A DNA stretch of 64,000 nt, taken from IMG/VR virus record IMGVR_UViG_3300024981_000009; one strand, 5' to 3'. This document shows, piece after piece, positions 31,947 through 42,150 of the stretch. The notes beneath the pieces were generated by a model. The model ran no database searches and was not told the origin of the DNA. It saw only the letters and a program-made list of their open reading frames with translations. The first letter of the stretch is position 1. Each line of letters starts with the position of its first letter. Source of the DNA: a virus. Made by a program: the position numbers and the translations under genes.

Positions 31947-34508
31947 ATGTCCACGACGGTCAAAAAACCTCCTGATTATGTTTCTAGGAAGATCCCACTA
32001 GATAAAATATTATATTGTCAATCGATAGTGTCATATGAAACAGTAGAACATAAATCTAAGAATCTTCAGACTAAATACGGTAATATCCCTCAAGAAAGTA
32101 TTAACAACACGATACAAGATGTAGTTGAAAGGGCTCACATTATTATGTTTCATTTATCTCATTTTCTTAAACTGTATCTATGTCATTTAGATTCTTTGAA
32201 TGAAATTTTCCCAATAATAAATGAAAAATTTCTTCATAATATGATGTATGCTATAACATATGTAGATGATGCTGCAAAAAGTCATTTGGTAGAAGAAAAT
32301 TTAACTGTGGTAAATAAATTATCAGTTTTTTATGAGGATCATTATAAATGTTTTTTAAGTGGAAAAATATCTAGATCGGGAATATTTGCAGTTTTAGATT
32401 CTCAGATTGAACAATATGTAACCAATTTATCCAACAACATCCATGCCCATTACTGGATGAGATTGAAACAATGTTTAAATTTGGAATTTAAAATAAGTGA
32501 GAAAAGAGAGAAGATAAATCTACAATATACCGACGTTAATAAGAGAAGGGAGTTAAAAACAAAACTAACAATACAGACAAATACTATCCAGGACTCTTTG
32601 TTAAAAAATAATTTTAATATTAACGATAAAGAAATAAAAGAGGCCTTCGATATCGATGAAACGAAAATGAGAGCTTTATCTGACAAATTTAAAATTCCAA
32701 TTTTCTCAGAATTCATGGCGAGGGACATAGAAGAAAAAAAGTATTTGTACAATCTGAAAAAGGAAAGAAAAGAAAGACCTAAATATGTTATTAAACAAGA
32801 GGAAAAAATAGAAAATTTGGAGAATAAAATTAATAAGAAGGCTAACGAACCCTTAAAGAAAAAAACTCCCAAAGGAAGAGAGAATGAATATCTAAGAAAA
32901 GAGGAAGAATTGATAGAATTACGTATTAAATTAGAAGATGAAAAAGAAAAATTGGAACTTCTAGAGGAAAAAGCAGGATTAAATGTAGTAAAGGATCTTG
33001 TTATCAAAGATGATATATACAACTATAAATGGCAATTTGACAATAATCCCACTCTTTATTTGCAAAGTTTTTTCAGATTGAACAACTACCTCAGTTTTGA
33101 TAATGACGAAAAAGGAAAATTTCATACTGTTCCTTTATGTACATCCGCTATACCACCATATGTAACCTTAACAACAAGTTCTTTATTAGAAATATTTGGA
33201 AAAACAGATGGAGATATAAATGATAAAGTAGATTACATTATATGGAGAAAATACTTTCATTTATTCAAGGGGGACACTATTGATAGCAAAATGGATTGGT
33301 GCTGAGGAAAGAATTTAGAAGAAAAAATTATCATTTTCACTACATAACAACGGATGGAGTTGGAGCTACTATTCTGTTTAGACATGATAGATTTTTAAGT
33401 GGGTATGTACCTAAGAAAGTAACTGTAAATAAATGTGGTAAACCAAAGACATCAATAGATGATACACCATATCTTCGTGATATAAATTCTAGTATCTACT
33501 ATTATCATAATAAAGTGGCTATTGATCCGAACAAAATGGATGTATTGTACTGTACAGATGGTAGACTTGATCCTAAAAATAATAAAAAAGTCAATACGTT
33601 TCGCTACACTAAATCACAAATAGACTTTGAAACAAAAAGAAAAAGGTATGAAGAAGTAAGGAATATAGCTAAGGATAAATCAGGGATTTCATTAATCGAG
33701 AGCAAACTATCAGATGTTAACCCAAAATCGACAAAATACGACATCTTTAGGACCTATGTAGAGATAAAAGTGGGCACATTTTCAGAAGAATTATTATCCC
33801 ATTACAGATATAATAGAAAATTTGATGAAAAAGTAGATAATAGTAAAGCTTCATATAGGAAAATGAAAATGAATGTAAAAATAAATACCGAAAGATCTGA
33901 AGCAAAAATGTTGAATAAGTTCGAGGAAAAATTCGGTAACAAAGACGAGGCTATTGTGTGTTTTGGAGATTATGCTCAGGGTCATTTGAGAGGAACAGCT
34001 CCAGTTAAGGGAAAAGGCCTTCGAAAAGTGTTTAAAAAAAGAGGTTACAAAGTCTTTCTTATCAGCGAACACAAAACAAGTAAAATATGTCATAATTGTC
34101 ATGGTGAGTTAGAGAAATTCCATAGAAAAGGAGATAGAAAAAAGAAAAAGACCGATTACAAAGTAAGAACATATTCTGAGACTATAGGTTATGTGCATGT
34201 CGTCCTCAGGGTGCTTTGGCACCCCGGTAATAATCAAAGGCGCCTTAAGCGCCTTTTGATTATTCCACCGGTGTAAAAACTGTAATGAAAGAGGGGATCT
34301 GTATAATACTGGATGTTTTGAATATTTAAAGTCTGTTGAAATCAATAAATTTATTAATAAAAAGGCATGGGTCGATGGTAATACATATAAAGTTTGGAAC
34401 AGAGATCTTAATGCATCGTTGAACATCCTCATGAAAGCTAAATATGAAATTTTTAAATATTGGATTCCAGACGCCAATTTTCATCAGACATTCAATTCAA
34501 TTTTTTAG
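31947..34508 (+). pseudogene. Fanzor/TnpB-like RNA-guided RuvC nuclease, split by a frameshift (~33290) and a 61-bp insertion (34211-34271)
   Basis: ITTDGVGATILF; RuvC-I VAIDPN; FGDY; KGLRKVF; RuvC-II E next to the Zn finger (ISEHKTSKICHNC). In a third frame from 34272: CKNC...WNRDLNASLNI (RuvC-III, 34395). Confidence 0.85.
34211..34271. mobile_element. 61-bp double-hairpin insertion inside the Fanzor zinc finger
   Basis: Removing it joins GTG CAT GTC GTC CTC AGG to TGT AAA AAC TGT (VHVVLR-CKNC) in frame. Hairpins are GTGC-TTTG-GCAC and AATAATCAAAGGCGC/GCGCCTTTTGATTATT. Confidence 0.75.
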
Positions 34509-34595
34509 GACGTTTAACCACGTCCATGTCGTATATGACGTACATCATATAGAAGCGCTGAATCAGCGTTTCTATCTTAATATAAATGAAGCGTG
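34480..34595 (+). ncRNA. Candidate omega-RNA / right-end region of the Fanzor-like element
   Basis: Three consecutive hairpins (34508-34525, ~34532-34551, 34549-34575) lie directly after the nuclease ORF and before the paralog fragment. The call rests on position only. Confidence 0.4.
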
Positions 34596-34764
34596 GGTAT
34601 TTTTAGAGATGTTATATAATGATAATATATTTAAGAAGTTCGAGACTTTGATGTATATCATATTTAAGAAATTTAATAGAGAAGATTTTATAAGTAAGAT
34701 TACTAATATCAATGAAATGAATAATGTTATTTTCTTAGATCTAATAAGAACACGTGTTATGTAA
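34570..34764 (+). pseudogene. 3' fragment of a tandem-family (BTB-like) gene
   Basis: FYLNINEAWVFLEMLYNDNIFKKFETLMYIIFKK...LIRTRVM matches the C-termini of members 8-10. The 5' part is missing. Confidence 0.85.
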
Positions 34765-34903
34765 TATATTTGTTAAACATAAATCATTGATTTATATTTA
34801 TTATACAATTTAAAATATATATTAAGATACTTTATACATCAATATGCACTATCTAACCATTAATATTGTGAGGATCAATTATTAAAAATTTTATGTTTAA
34901 AAA

Positions 34904-36304
34904 ATGTTAAACTTATATAGCAAATATTACAATTTAGAAATCACAGTTAAATGTTCCACAGTGATAGATGATGTTTTATATGTTGTTACCACTGAAGGTG
35001 AAGTAGCTGAATCTGTGAAGTTAACATTGATTGACATGACAAGGTTGATAGAGATGGCATCATATACTATCAATTACAAACCTAATGATAATATCAGTGC
35101 TTACAAATTTTTTGGTGACAAATTATATTGTCATCCTTTACATGCAGATGAGTACACGGGGGACATATCAGTATTTGATATAAATACGTTGGAAGAGTCA
35201 CATAGTATGATTGAAGATTTAAGAAGTATTATCGAGTTGAAGGGTAAATTATGTTATATTAAATATGTTTATGATGATAACAATGAAGACGAAGATAATA
35301 GATATTATTTATGTGATATGGATACAGATGATAGAATATTGACAATAATTGATAATGACAATACATCATATTTTGAAAATGGTGTTCTATATTTATCGTT
35401 TAACGTAAACTTCATTAATGGAATTTACACATCTGACAGCTATCTAATATTTATGACGCATTATAGTACCCTTGTATATTTTGATGTTAATAGTAAATTA
35501 CTGTTTGAGTGGGATATTATGAGAAATAAAGAGTTGAATACAAACATAGGTAAAAATAGCAGAATAGACCCTGTAGTAAGACACTTAAAATATCCTGTTA
35601 ATACAGGCTCAGATTATCATGACATTGGTAATAATAAAATTTTTGAAAAACATACAATACGTGACTACAAAGAATATAAGAACCAAATAACCAATTTAAA
35701 TATAGCGAATAGTTTCAAATATGGTGAACATAATTATTACATACATACTACTAAAAATGACAGGGTTATCAACATTAATATTGATATAAAACCAATTGTA
35801 AATAATGTACCTGTACCTGCAAAATATCCACAATATATCACTATTGGTTCAAAATCATATAATGTTCAGGTTCCGCTATCATTTATATATGGAAGAAGTC
35901 AATATATACAAGATATGATAAATATTTCCGAAGGTACTGTGAGTGAATTTATAAACGATAATCACAAAAATATGAGATTATATTTATATTATTTAGAAGG
36001 TAAAGATTTAAATGTTGACAAGCTGGATAAGATATACAAAATTGCTAGTTTAATGTTGGACACGAACATGGAATATTTAACATATGTTATTCTCACCCAC
36101 GTTAAAAGATTTAATTTGAGTATTGATGATGCTTGGATATTTTTAGAACTTCTTTATAACGATAATGTTCACAAGAAGTTTGAGACATTAATGTACATTA
36201 TTTTCAAAAAGTATGACAGAGAAGATTTTATAAGTAAGATTACTAATATCAATGATATGAATAATATCATCATCTTAGATTTGATTAGAACTCGTGTTAT
36301 GTAA
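34904..36304 (+). CDS. Tandem family member 10 (BTB/POZ-like C-terminus)
   Basis: Close paralog of member 9. Confidence 0.87.
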   Translation: MLNLYSKYYNLEITVKCSTVIDDVLYVVTTEGEVAESVKLTLIDMTRLIEMASYTINYKPNDNISAYKFFGDKLYCHPLHADEYTGDISVFDINTLEESHSMIEDLRSIIELKGKLCYIKYVYDDNNEDEDNRYYLCDMDTDDRILTIIDNDNTSYFENGVLYLSFNVNFINGIYTSDSYLIFMTHYSTLVYFDVNSKLLFEWDIMRNKELNTNIGKNSRIDPVVRHLKYPVNTGSDYHDIGNNKIFEKHTIRDYKEYKNQITNLNIANSFKYGEHNYYIHTTKNDRVININIDIKPIVNNVPVPAKYPQYITIGSKSYNVQVPLSFIYGRSQYIQDMINISEGTVSEFINDNHKNMRLYLYYLEGKDLNVDKLDKIYKIASLMLDTNMEYLTYVILTHVKRFNLSIDDAWIFLELLYNDNVHKKFETLMYIIFKKYDREDFISKITNINDMNNIIILDLIRTRVM

Positions 36305-36361
36305 CATGTTTATTAAACATAAATCATTGATTTATATTTAGCAACAGCAAAATTTTATAGT

Positions 36362-37366
36362 TTACATTTCAATCAATCTCAAATATCCAGTGTCGACCAA
36401 ATTCATCAATAAATAAATATCACTCCCATATGATTGGTAAATATCATTTTTGATTTTTACATATTCATCTGTATTAATGTAACTTTCATATATATTTTTA
36501 AATCCTTTATCTTCCATATAACATTTATCAAAGTTGTAACCAAATGATATAAATATTTTAAATATATCCAGATATTCATCACAATATAATCTAATTTTTG
36601 AATTCAGAAAGCAATAATAAAATCCCATACTCATATGGTAATTCTCAATTCTTTTATTTATCAGATACTTAACTATGTCTTTCCTCCCATATTTACATGC
36701 ATAAATAAAACCCGATACAATTTTATTATTTTTACAAAAACATGCGTTTATATTTATATTTTCCTTAACGAGAAGTTTTACAATATCGATATATCCATGT
36801 TTACATGAGATTATAAATGATTTACATAAAATTAAATGTATTTTGTCTTTATTTACAATGTTGTTCATTAAATCATGTTTAAACTTGTTTATCATCATTT
36901 CAACTATTTCATTATGTCCACAAATACACGCATGTAAAATAGCATTTATCTGGTCATCTACATCTTTACCATATATATTTACATTATTTTTAATTAAAAG
37001 TTTTACAACATCCATTTTTCCATATTTACAGGCTATTATCAATCCTGTTGTCTTAAAAACATTACAATAAGTATTTACATCAATACCCATGTTTAACAAC
37101 AATTCTAAAATTACATCAAGTCCATGTCTACATGCATAAACAAAGCTAAAATTAAATAAATCTTTTTCTACATCATATTTAATACCACTTATCTTCTTGA
37201 TAATGAAATTAGCAAATTTTGATTTTTCACCATTAACCTTGCCTTTTAAATTTATTGCACTATATATTAATTTTTTACATTCTTGAATATCTCCATTTAC
37301 AGATTCACGTAATAAAGATTTATAAATTTCAGTGAATGTAGCTGATTTGTTCATGGATCCAACCAT
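36362..37366 (-). CDS. Ankyrin repeat protein
   Basis: YACRHG, TGLIIACKYGKMDVVKLLI and SGFIYACKYGRKDIVKYLI. Confidence 0.9.
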   Translation of the reverse strand: MVGSMNKSATFTEIYKSLLRESVNGDIQECKKLIYSAINLKGKVNGEKSKFANFIIKKISGIKYDVEKDLFNFSFVYACRHGLDVILELLLNMGIDVNTYCNVFKTTGLIIACKYGKMDVVKLLIKNNVNIYGKDVDDQINAILHACICGHNEIVEMMINKFKHDLMNNIVNKDKIHLILCKSFIISCKHGYIDIVKLLVKENININACFCKNNKIVSGFIYACKYGRKDIVKYLINKRIENYHMSMGFYYCFLNSKIRLYCDEYLDIFKIFISFGYNFDKCYMEDKGFKNIYESYINTDEYVKIKNDIYQSYGSDIYLLMNLVDTGYLRLIEM

Positions 37367-37446
37367 TTGTCAAAAAATAACTTTTTTTAATTTAAAATCA
37401 AAAATATAATCAATTAACTAAAACATATATAATTTTTGATATTTAT

Positions 37447-37515
37447 TTTTCATGTGCGGTAGCACATGAAAATTGGATTGTTGCGAATTTCGCGCGCGAA
37501 ATTCTTGCGACAATT
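37447..37515. mobile_element. Diverged copy of the ~70-bp double-hairpin element (partial copies at ~37623-37676 and, inverted, ~41105-41145)
   Basis: TTTTCATGTGC-GGTA-GCACATGAAAA plus TTGTTGCGAATTTCGCGCGCGAAATTCTTGCGACAA, flanked by TAT. Confidence 0.65.
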
Positions 37516-37672
37516 TATTTATCATTAAATGTAAAATAATATAATGTTGTCATGAATACAGTCAACATCAATTAATTTAATTGATGTTTTTTATGATTGT
37601 AATTTTTAATTATTTTATATTGTATGAAAATTGAATTGTCGCGAATTTCACGCGCGAAATTCTTGCGACAAT

Positions 37673-37897
37673 TTATTCTAAATGTTTCAATTTACATTTC
37701 TTAATTAAATCGTCTATATTGTTAAATGATCTATACGCTTCCACACAGTTGATTTTACTGTCATTTGTACATGTGTTTAACACCCGTGCCAATTTTTTCA
37801 AAGTGTATCTCAATTCTTCATCACATTGATTATTCTGTGGATTGTTTAAAATTGTTCCAGAAATAGAGCTACTATATTCAGATCCCAATATCGCCAT
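37673..37897 (-). CDS. Small hypothetical protein
   Basis: 74-aa ATG ORF in an intergenic-sized gap. Confidence 0.5.
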   Translation of the reverse strand: MAILGSEYSSSISGTILNNPQNNQCDEELRYTLKKLARVLNTCTNDSKINCVEAYRSFNNIDDLIKKCKLKHLE

Positions 37898-37955
37898 ACT
37901 TTTATATTAAAAAATATTACAAAAATATCTCATTTTTTTTAACTGATAATTTAAA

Positions 37956-38210
37956 ATGCTTGATTACCAGAATGAGATTGACAAATATAACAGTGTTTTT
38001 GTTTACATATTATTATTTTGTATTGCAATTGGTATTCTGACACTTATAATATCGCTTATATTTAAAAATAAGAGAGATAACATTATAACACTATTATGGA
38101 TATCTATTATTGTATTTTGTATTGCTTTTCTAGTATACAGTCTAACATATTTATTCAGACCAGATCATGTTGAATATGTTATGAATAGGTTCACGCACTT
38201 CAGAAACTGA
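37956..38210 (+). CDS. Small two-TM membrane protein
   Basis: Two hydrophobic helices and an AAAATG start context. Confidence 0.65.
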   Translation: MLDYQNEIDKYNSVFVYILLFCIAIGILTLIISLIFKNKRDNIITLLWISIIVFCIAFLVYSLTYLFRPDHVEYVMNRFTHFRN

Positions 38211-38264
38211 ATTAAAAATTTATTATTTTTAAGATAAACAAAATTTTGTCAAAAAGATAAAAAT

Positions 38265-38939
38265 ATGGAAAATTTATTGAAGGACAGTATAGTGTCACAT
38301 GGTGAAAATAATATATTTGATATATTCCAAGAAAAGATTGAATATTACCATGAACGGCCATCTCACACAATAGTTGAACTTAAAAGTATTAACACAAAAA
38401 GTAAGGGAGATTTATTTGAAAAATTCTGTAGACGATATTTGGAAGTGGTGTGTAAATATGATTATGTTTATTTGTTGAAAGAATTACCAGACAATATAAG
38501 GACACACTTAAACTTAAACAAAAATGATTTTGGGATTGACATAGTAGCAATTAAAGACAATTTATTTTATCCTGTTCAGTGCAAATGGAGATCAATTAAT
38601 AAAAAATATAAATCAATGGTTACTTGGAAACAGTTGAGCACATTTTATGCTTTATGTTCAAAAACTGGACCTTGGAATAAAAAGATAGTCATGACATGTT
38701 GTGATTATGTTAGAAAAATTGGTAATAGTAAAGATGAGGTGTGGATCAATAAAGAGAAATTCAGAAAAATTACTATTTCTGAATGGTATACAATGGCCAA
38801 TATGGAGGAGAAAAAGTTAAACGATGTTGGTAGCAGTAGTAATGGTGGTAATAGTGGAAGCGGCAACAATGGTAATAGTAATCCACGTCCATCAATAGAT
38901 GAACTCCGTGAGTTGAGATTAAAAGCATTATCTTTATAA
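38265..38939 (+). CDS. Mrr-like restriction endonuclease-fold protein
   Basis: KGDLFE...DFGIDIVA...PVQCK, the PD-(D/E/Q)xK pattern. Confidence 0.8.
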   Translation: MENLLKDSIVSHGENNIFDIFQEKIEYYHERPSHTIVELKSINTKSKGDLFEKFCRRYLEVVCKYDYVYLLKELPDNIRTHLNLNKNDFGIDIVAIKDNLFYPVQCKWRSINKKYKSMVTWKQLSTFYALCSKTGPWNKKIVMTCCDYVRKIGNSKDEVWINKEKFRKITISEWYTMANMEEKKLNDVGSSSNGGNSGSGNNGNSNPRPSIDELRELRLKALSL

Positions 38940-39056
38940 TATCATAGCTTTATGAATTTTGTAAACAGCATTGCTGTTTATATACATTTTCATTTTCCAT
39001 TCGTAATTATGTACCAAAAAAACACAAAAAATAAATTCCCATTTTAAAGCGACACG

Positions 39057-40832
39057 ATGTTAGACATTAAAGTTACGAATGATAAAGACTCAAGACGTGA
39101 AATTATAAACGGTTCATTAAGAGAGGCCATTAGATTAGCAAACGAATCATGCGGATGTGGTCATGTAAATATTTTCATTGTTAAGAAGATGCACATTAAA
39201 CTGGAATCCGAATTAGTTCTCAACAAAACAATCACTTTGTTTGGAAATGGCTCTACAATTGAAGCTACAAAAGGAAGACATTTTGCAATTCACAGCGAAG
39301 GTATCACAACATTCAAAAGTTTAACTCTTAAAGGAGGAAAAGATTTATATGGTGGTAGTATAAACTCCAAATCTTTAAGAGGAACCCTTATCCTTGAAGA
39401 TGTTGATATTTCTCACAATAGAGCAGAATATGGTGGTGCTATATATTCTTTCGGCAATTTGATCTTAAGGAGGTCAAAAGCTGAACATAACACTGCTTTA
39501 AAGCAAGGTGGTGCTTTATGGTGTCATAAAGACCTCATTTTGGAAGAGAGTAAAATTAAACACAACAGTGTTTTGGAAGTGTCAAGTGACAACTATGGCG
39601 GTGGTGTCGTTATTGATGACGGAAATGCTACTCTCATCAAAAGTACTATAAGTGAAAATAAAGTCAATTTCAATTTGAAGGAGAAGAACGGTGGAAATTC
39701 TGGAGGTATAATTTTGATGGCTGGGTCATTGAATTTATATGACAGTGCAATTGATAGAAACGAGGCATACAGTTCAGGTGGTGTACAAATGGGAAATGGA
39801 GACATTAATCTCTTTAACAGCAGTATATCCAAAAATAAATCTTTTGTTGATGGAGATGCAACTGGTGGAGGTGGTATTGTGATTATGGTCGGAAATGTTA
39901 CTTTGAATAAAAGCAGAATTTCCGACAATACAACTAGAGGTATGTATTCAGGTTCATTAGTTTCATTCATTGGAAATGTCACTGTTAACGATTCTACAAT
40001 TTCAAATAATGTTAACAGAGGTCCAGGAGGTGCAATTGCATCTAATTTCAATAGCACTGTTACTGTTAACAGAAGTAAATTGTTGAATAATACCGGTGCA
40101 AGTTTGGGTGGTGCAATTGTTAATTTTTCAAATAATTTGGGAGAAATTTCGGTAAACGAGACTGAAATATTTGGAAACACTCTTACAAACGAACAATTGA
40201 TTGGTCAAACAATAGCTGCATTTTTAAATGTCATAATTGGCGCCAAAAATCAAAGTGACACCAATGCTAGTAAATCAATTAATCCATCAACGGGTGAAAT
40301 CAATGGTGGAGCTTCAAAATTGATAAATTCACTTAAGGATTTGGAAGGATTGGCACGTGCTGCAGATGAGTTATTGAAAAAGATAACATTTGCTAAATAT
40401 GCTATTGGAGGAGGTGCAATTGCAACTTTACTGAAATGTCCAATTAATATTCATAAGAGTCATTTTACCAATAATTTTGTTGCTAAGAAAGTAACAGAGA
40501 AGAATTGTAGATTTGAAGGTTATGGTGGAGCTTTATTCACAATTAATTCATTGACTACAATCGGTGATGCTATATTTGGTGAAAATAAATCAACATCATT
40601 CGCATCCGCAATCTTTAATGATTCACAATTAATTGTGAATAATTCCGAATTTCTCGGAAATAAAGCAGAGAAAGATTTTACTATAACCAATGGTGAAAAT
40701 GGAAATGCTTTGATTGCTAACTCCAAATTCAAAGATAATAATTGTATCGATATACATAATAAGGGTAGACTTGTTTTGATTAATACTAATGTGTCTGTTT
40801 CATCTACCAATGAATATATTAAATTAAATTAA
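39057..40832 (+). CDS. Parallel beta-helix protein with Pmp-like GGA(I/L) repeats
   Basis: N-terminal GSLREAIRLAN, repeated GGAI/GGG(I/V) and (F/I)xxN motifs. Confidence 0.8.
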   Translation: MLDIKVTNDKDSRREIINGSLREAIRLANESCGCGHVNIFIVKKMHIKLESELVLNKTITLFGNGSTIEATKGRHFAIHSEGITTFKSLTLKGGKDLYGGSINSKSLRGTLILEDVDISHNRAEYGGAIYSFGNLILRRSKAEHNTALKQGGALWCHKDLILEESKIKHNSVLEVSSDNYGGGVVIDDGNATLIKSTISENKVNFNLKEKNGGNSGGIILMAGSLNLYDSAIDRNEAYSSGGVQMGNGDINLFNSSISKNKSFVDGDATGGGGIVIMVGNVTLNKSRISDNTTRGMYSGSLVSFIGNVTVNDSTISNNVNRGPGGAIASNFNSTVTVNRSKLLNNTGASLGGAIVNFSNNLGEISVNETEIFGNTLTNEQLIGQTIAAFLNVIIGAKNQSDTNASKSINPSTGEINGGASKLINSLKDLEGLARAADELLKKITFAKYAIGGGAIATLLKCPINIHKSHFTNNFVAKKVTEKNCRFEGYGGALFTINSLTTIGDAIFGENKSTSFASAIFNDSQLIVNNSEFLGNKAEKDFTITNGENGNALIANSKFKDNNCIDIHNKGRLVLINTNVSVSSTNEYIKLN

Positions 40833-40904
40833 ATTAAATTATGATGAACGTTAAATGGTAAATTATATTTTCAATGAAAATATGATATTTTTAAAATGTT
40901 AATA

Positions 40905-41390
40905 TGATGTATATGCTACACAGGATTATTTAGAAATAATTATGTTTGTGCTGCCAATTGACAGCTAATCCCCTTTATGTTAACTGATACAGATCTCCCT
41001 GTCGGTCGCTCTGTATTAGTTAACATAAAGATTATTGCAAAAGTGCATGCACCTGTATGATTTAATCACGTTCAAATAATTTGTGTGATATATCAATAGG
41101 AAAAATAAATTGTCGCAAGAATTTCGCGACAATCCATTTTTCATTATGATTTATATGTGAGTTAATTACAAATTATAAATTGAAAGTTGTAAATAATGAC
41201 AATCTATACATGTATTACACAAAAAATATTTAGGAGTAATTATGTTTATGCTGTCAATTGACAGCTAATCCCCTTTATGTTAACGATGTAGAACTCCTGA
41301 CGTCGTTCTACATTGCCAACATAAAGATTATTGCAAAAGTGTATGCACCTGTATGATTTAATTATGTTTAAATATTTCTGTGTATGCCTT
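40905..41390. repeat. Two tandem (300-bp period) structured units related to 31363-31760 in inverted orientation
   Basis: GCTG(C/T)CAATTGACAGC palindrome plus CTTTATGTTAAC...AACATAAAG stems. Minus-strand tips are CGACCGACAGGGAG and CGACGTCAGGAG. Confidence 0.8.
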
Positions 41391-41507
41391 CAAATATTAC
41401 ACTCCTCCAAATAATTAATAATGGTCATTATATCTTCTCCTACTTCATCCATCCACATCATTTCATACAATAAAATGATCCATTATTTAATTAAATAATT
41501 AAAACAA

Positions 41508-42104
41508 ATGAATATAACTAATAGAGAACATTGGATTTATTTCAAAAATTATATTAATGATCAAAATCATGAGTTCTTTAATTCTGTATACAGCGAAATT
41601 AAACCGTTAGTGTCACTTTATAAAACAAATTATTATGGTAATACTTATGAATCAAGAAGAGAATCATGTGTTTTTGTCAAAAAAGACAGCGGTCTTCCAA
41701 AAAATTGGTCATATCACGACATAAATACATATACATGGGATGTGTCACAAACAATGACAAATTTAAAATTAAATATTGAGGATACACTCAAACATTTCGG
41801 CTATAATGTCGATTTTGATTATTGTTTGGTTCACATTTATAGAGACGGCAATGATAAAATTGACAAACATTCTGATAGAGAGAGTTTAAATAACATAATT
41901 GCAAGTTTGTCGCTGGGAGCTACCAGAAAATTCAGATTTCAAAAGAATGGGGTCAAATCTGGTCATGAGGAAGAATTTCATTTAGAAAATGGTGATTTGT
42001 TGATCATGAAAGAAGATTGTCAAAAAATATATCATCATTGGGTGCCAGTTGAAAAGAGAGTGCTAACTCCAAGAATAAATTTCACGTTCAGAAAAATAGA
42101 ATAA
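41508..42104 (+). CDS. alkB: AlkB-family 2OG-Fe(II) dioxygenase (ALKBH2/3-like)
   Basis: YRDGNDKIDKHSD, IASLSLGATRKF, L.NGDLLIM, HWVP and RINFTFR. Confidence 0.92.
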   Translation: MNITNREHWIYFKNYINDQNHEFFNSVYSEIKPLVSLYKTNYYGNTYESRRESCVFVKKDSGLPKNWSYHDINTYTWDVSQTMTNLKLNIEDTLKHFGYNVDFDYCLVHIYRDGNDKIDKHSDRESLNNIIASLSLGATRKFRFQKNGVKSGHEEEFHLENGDLLIMKEDCQKIYHHWVPVEKRVLTPRINFTFRKIE

Positions 42105-42150
42105 TTTATGAAACTAATTATTTTTTCCAATGGAAAAAATTACATGTTTA

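Noticed and set aside
34444..34764. 106-aa ORF as a complete gene
   Set aside because: It is chimeric: the first ~42 codons cross the Fanzor end and hairpins, and only 34570 onward matches the tandem family.
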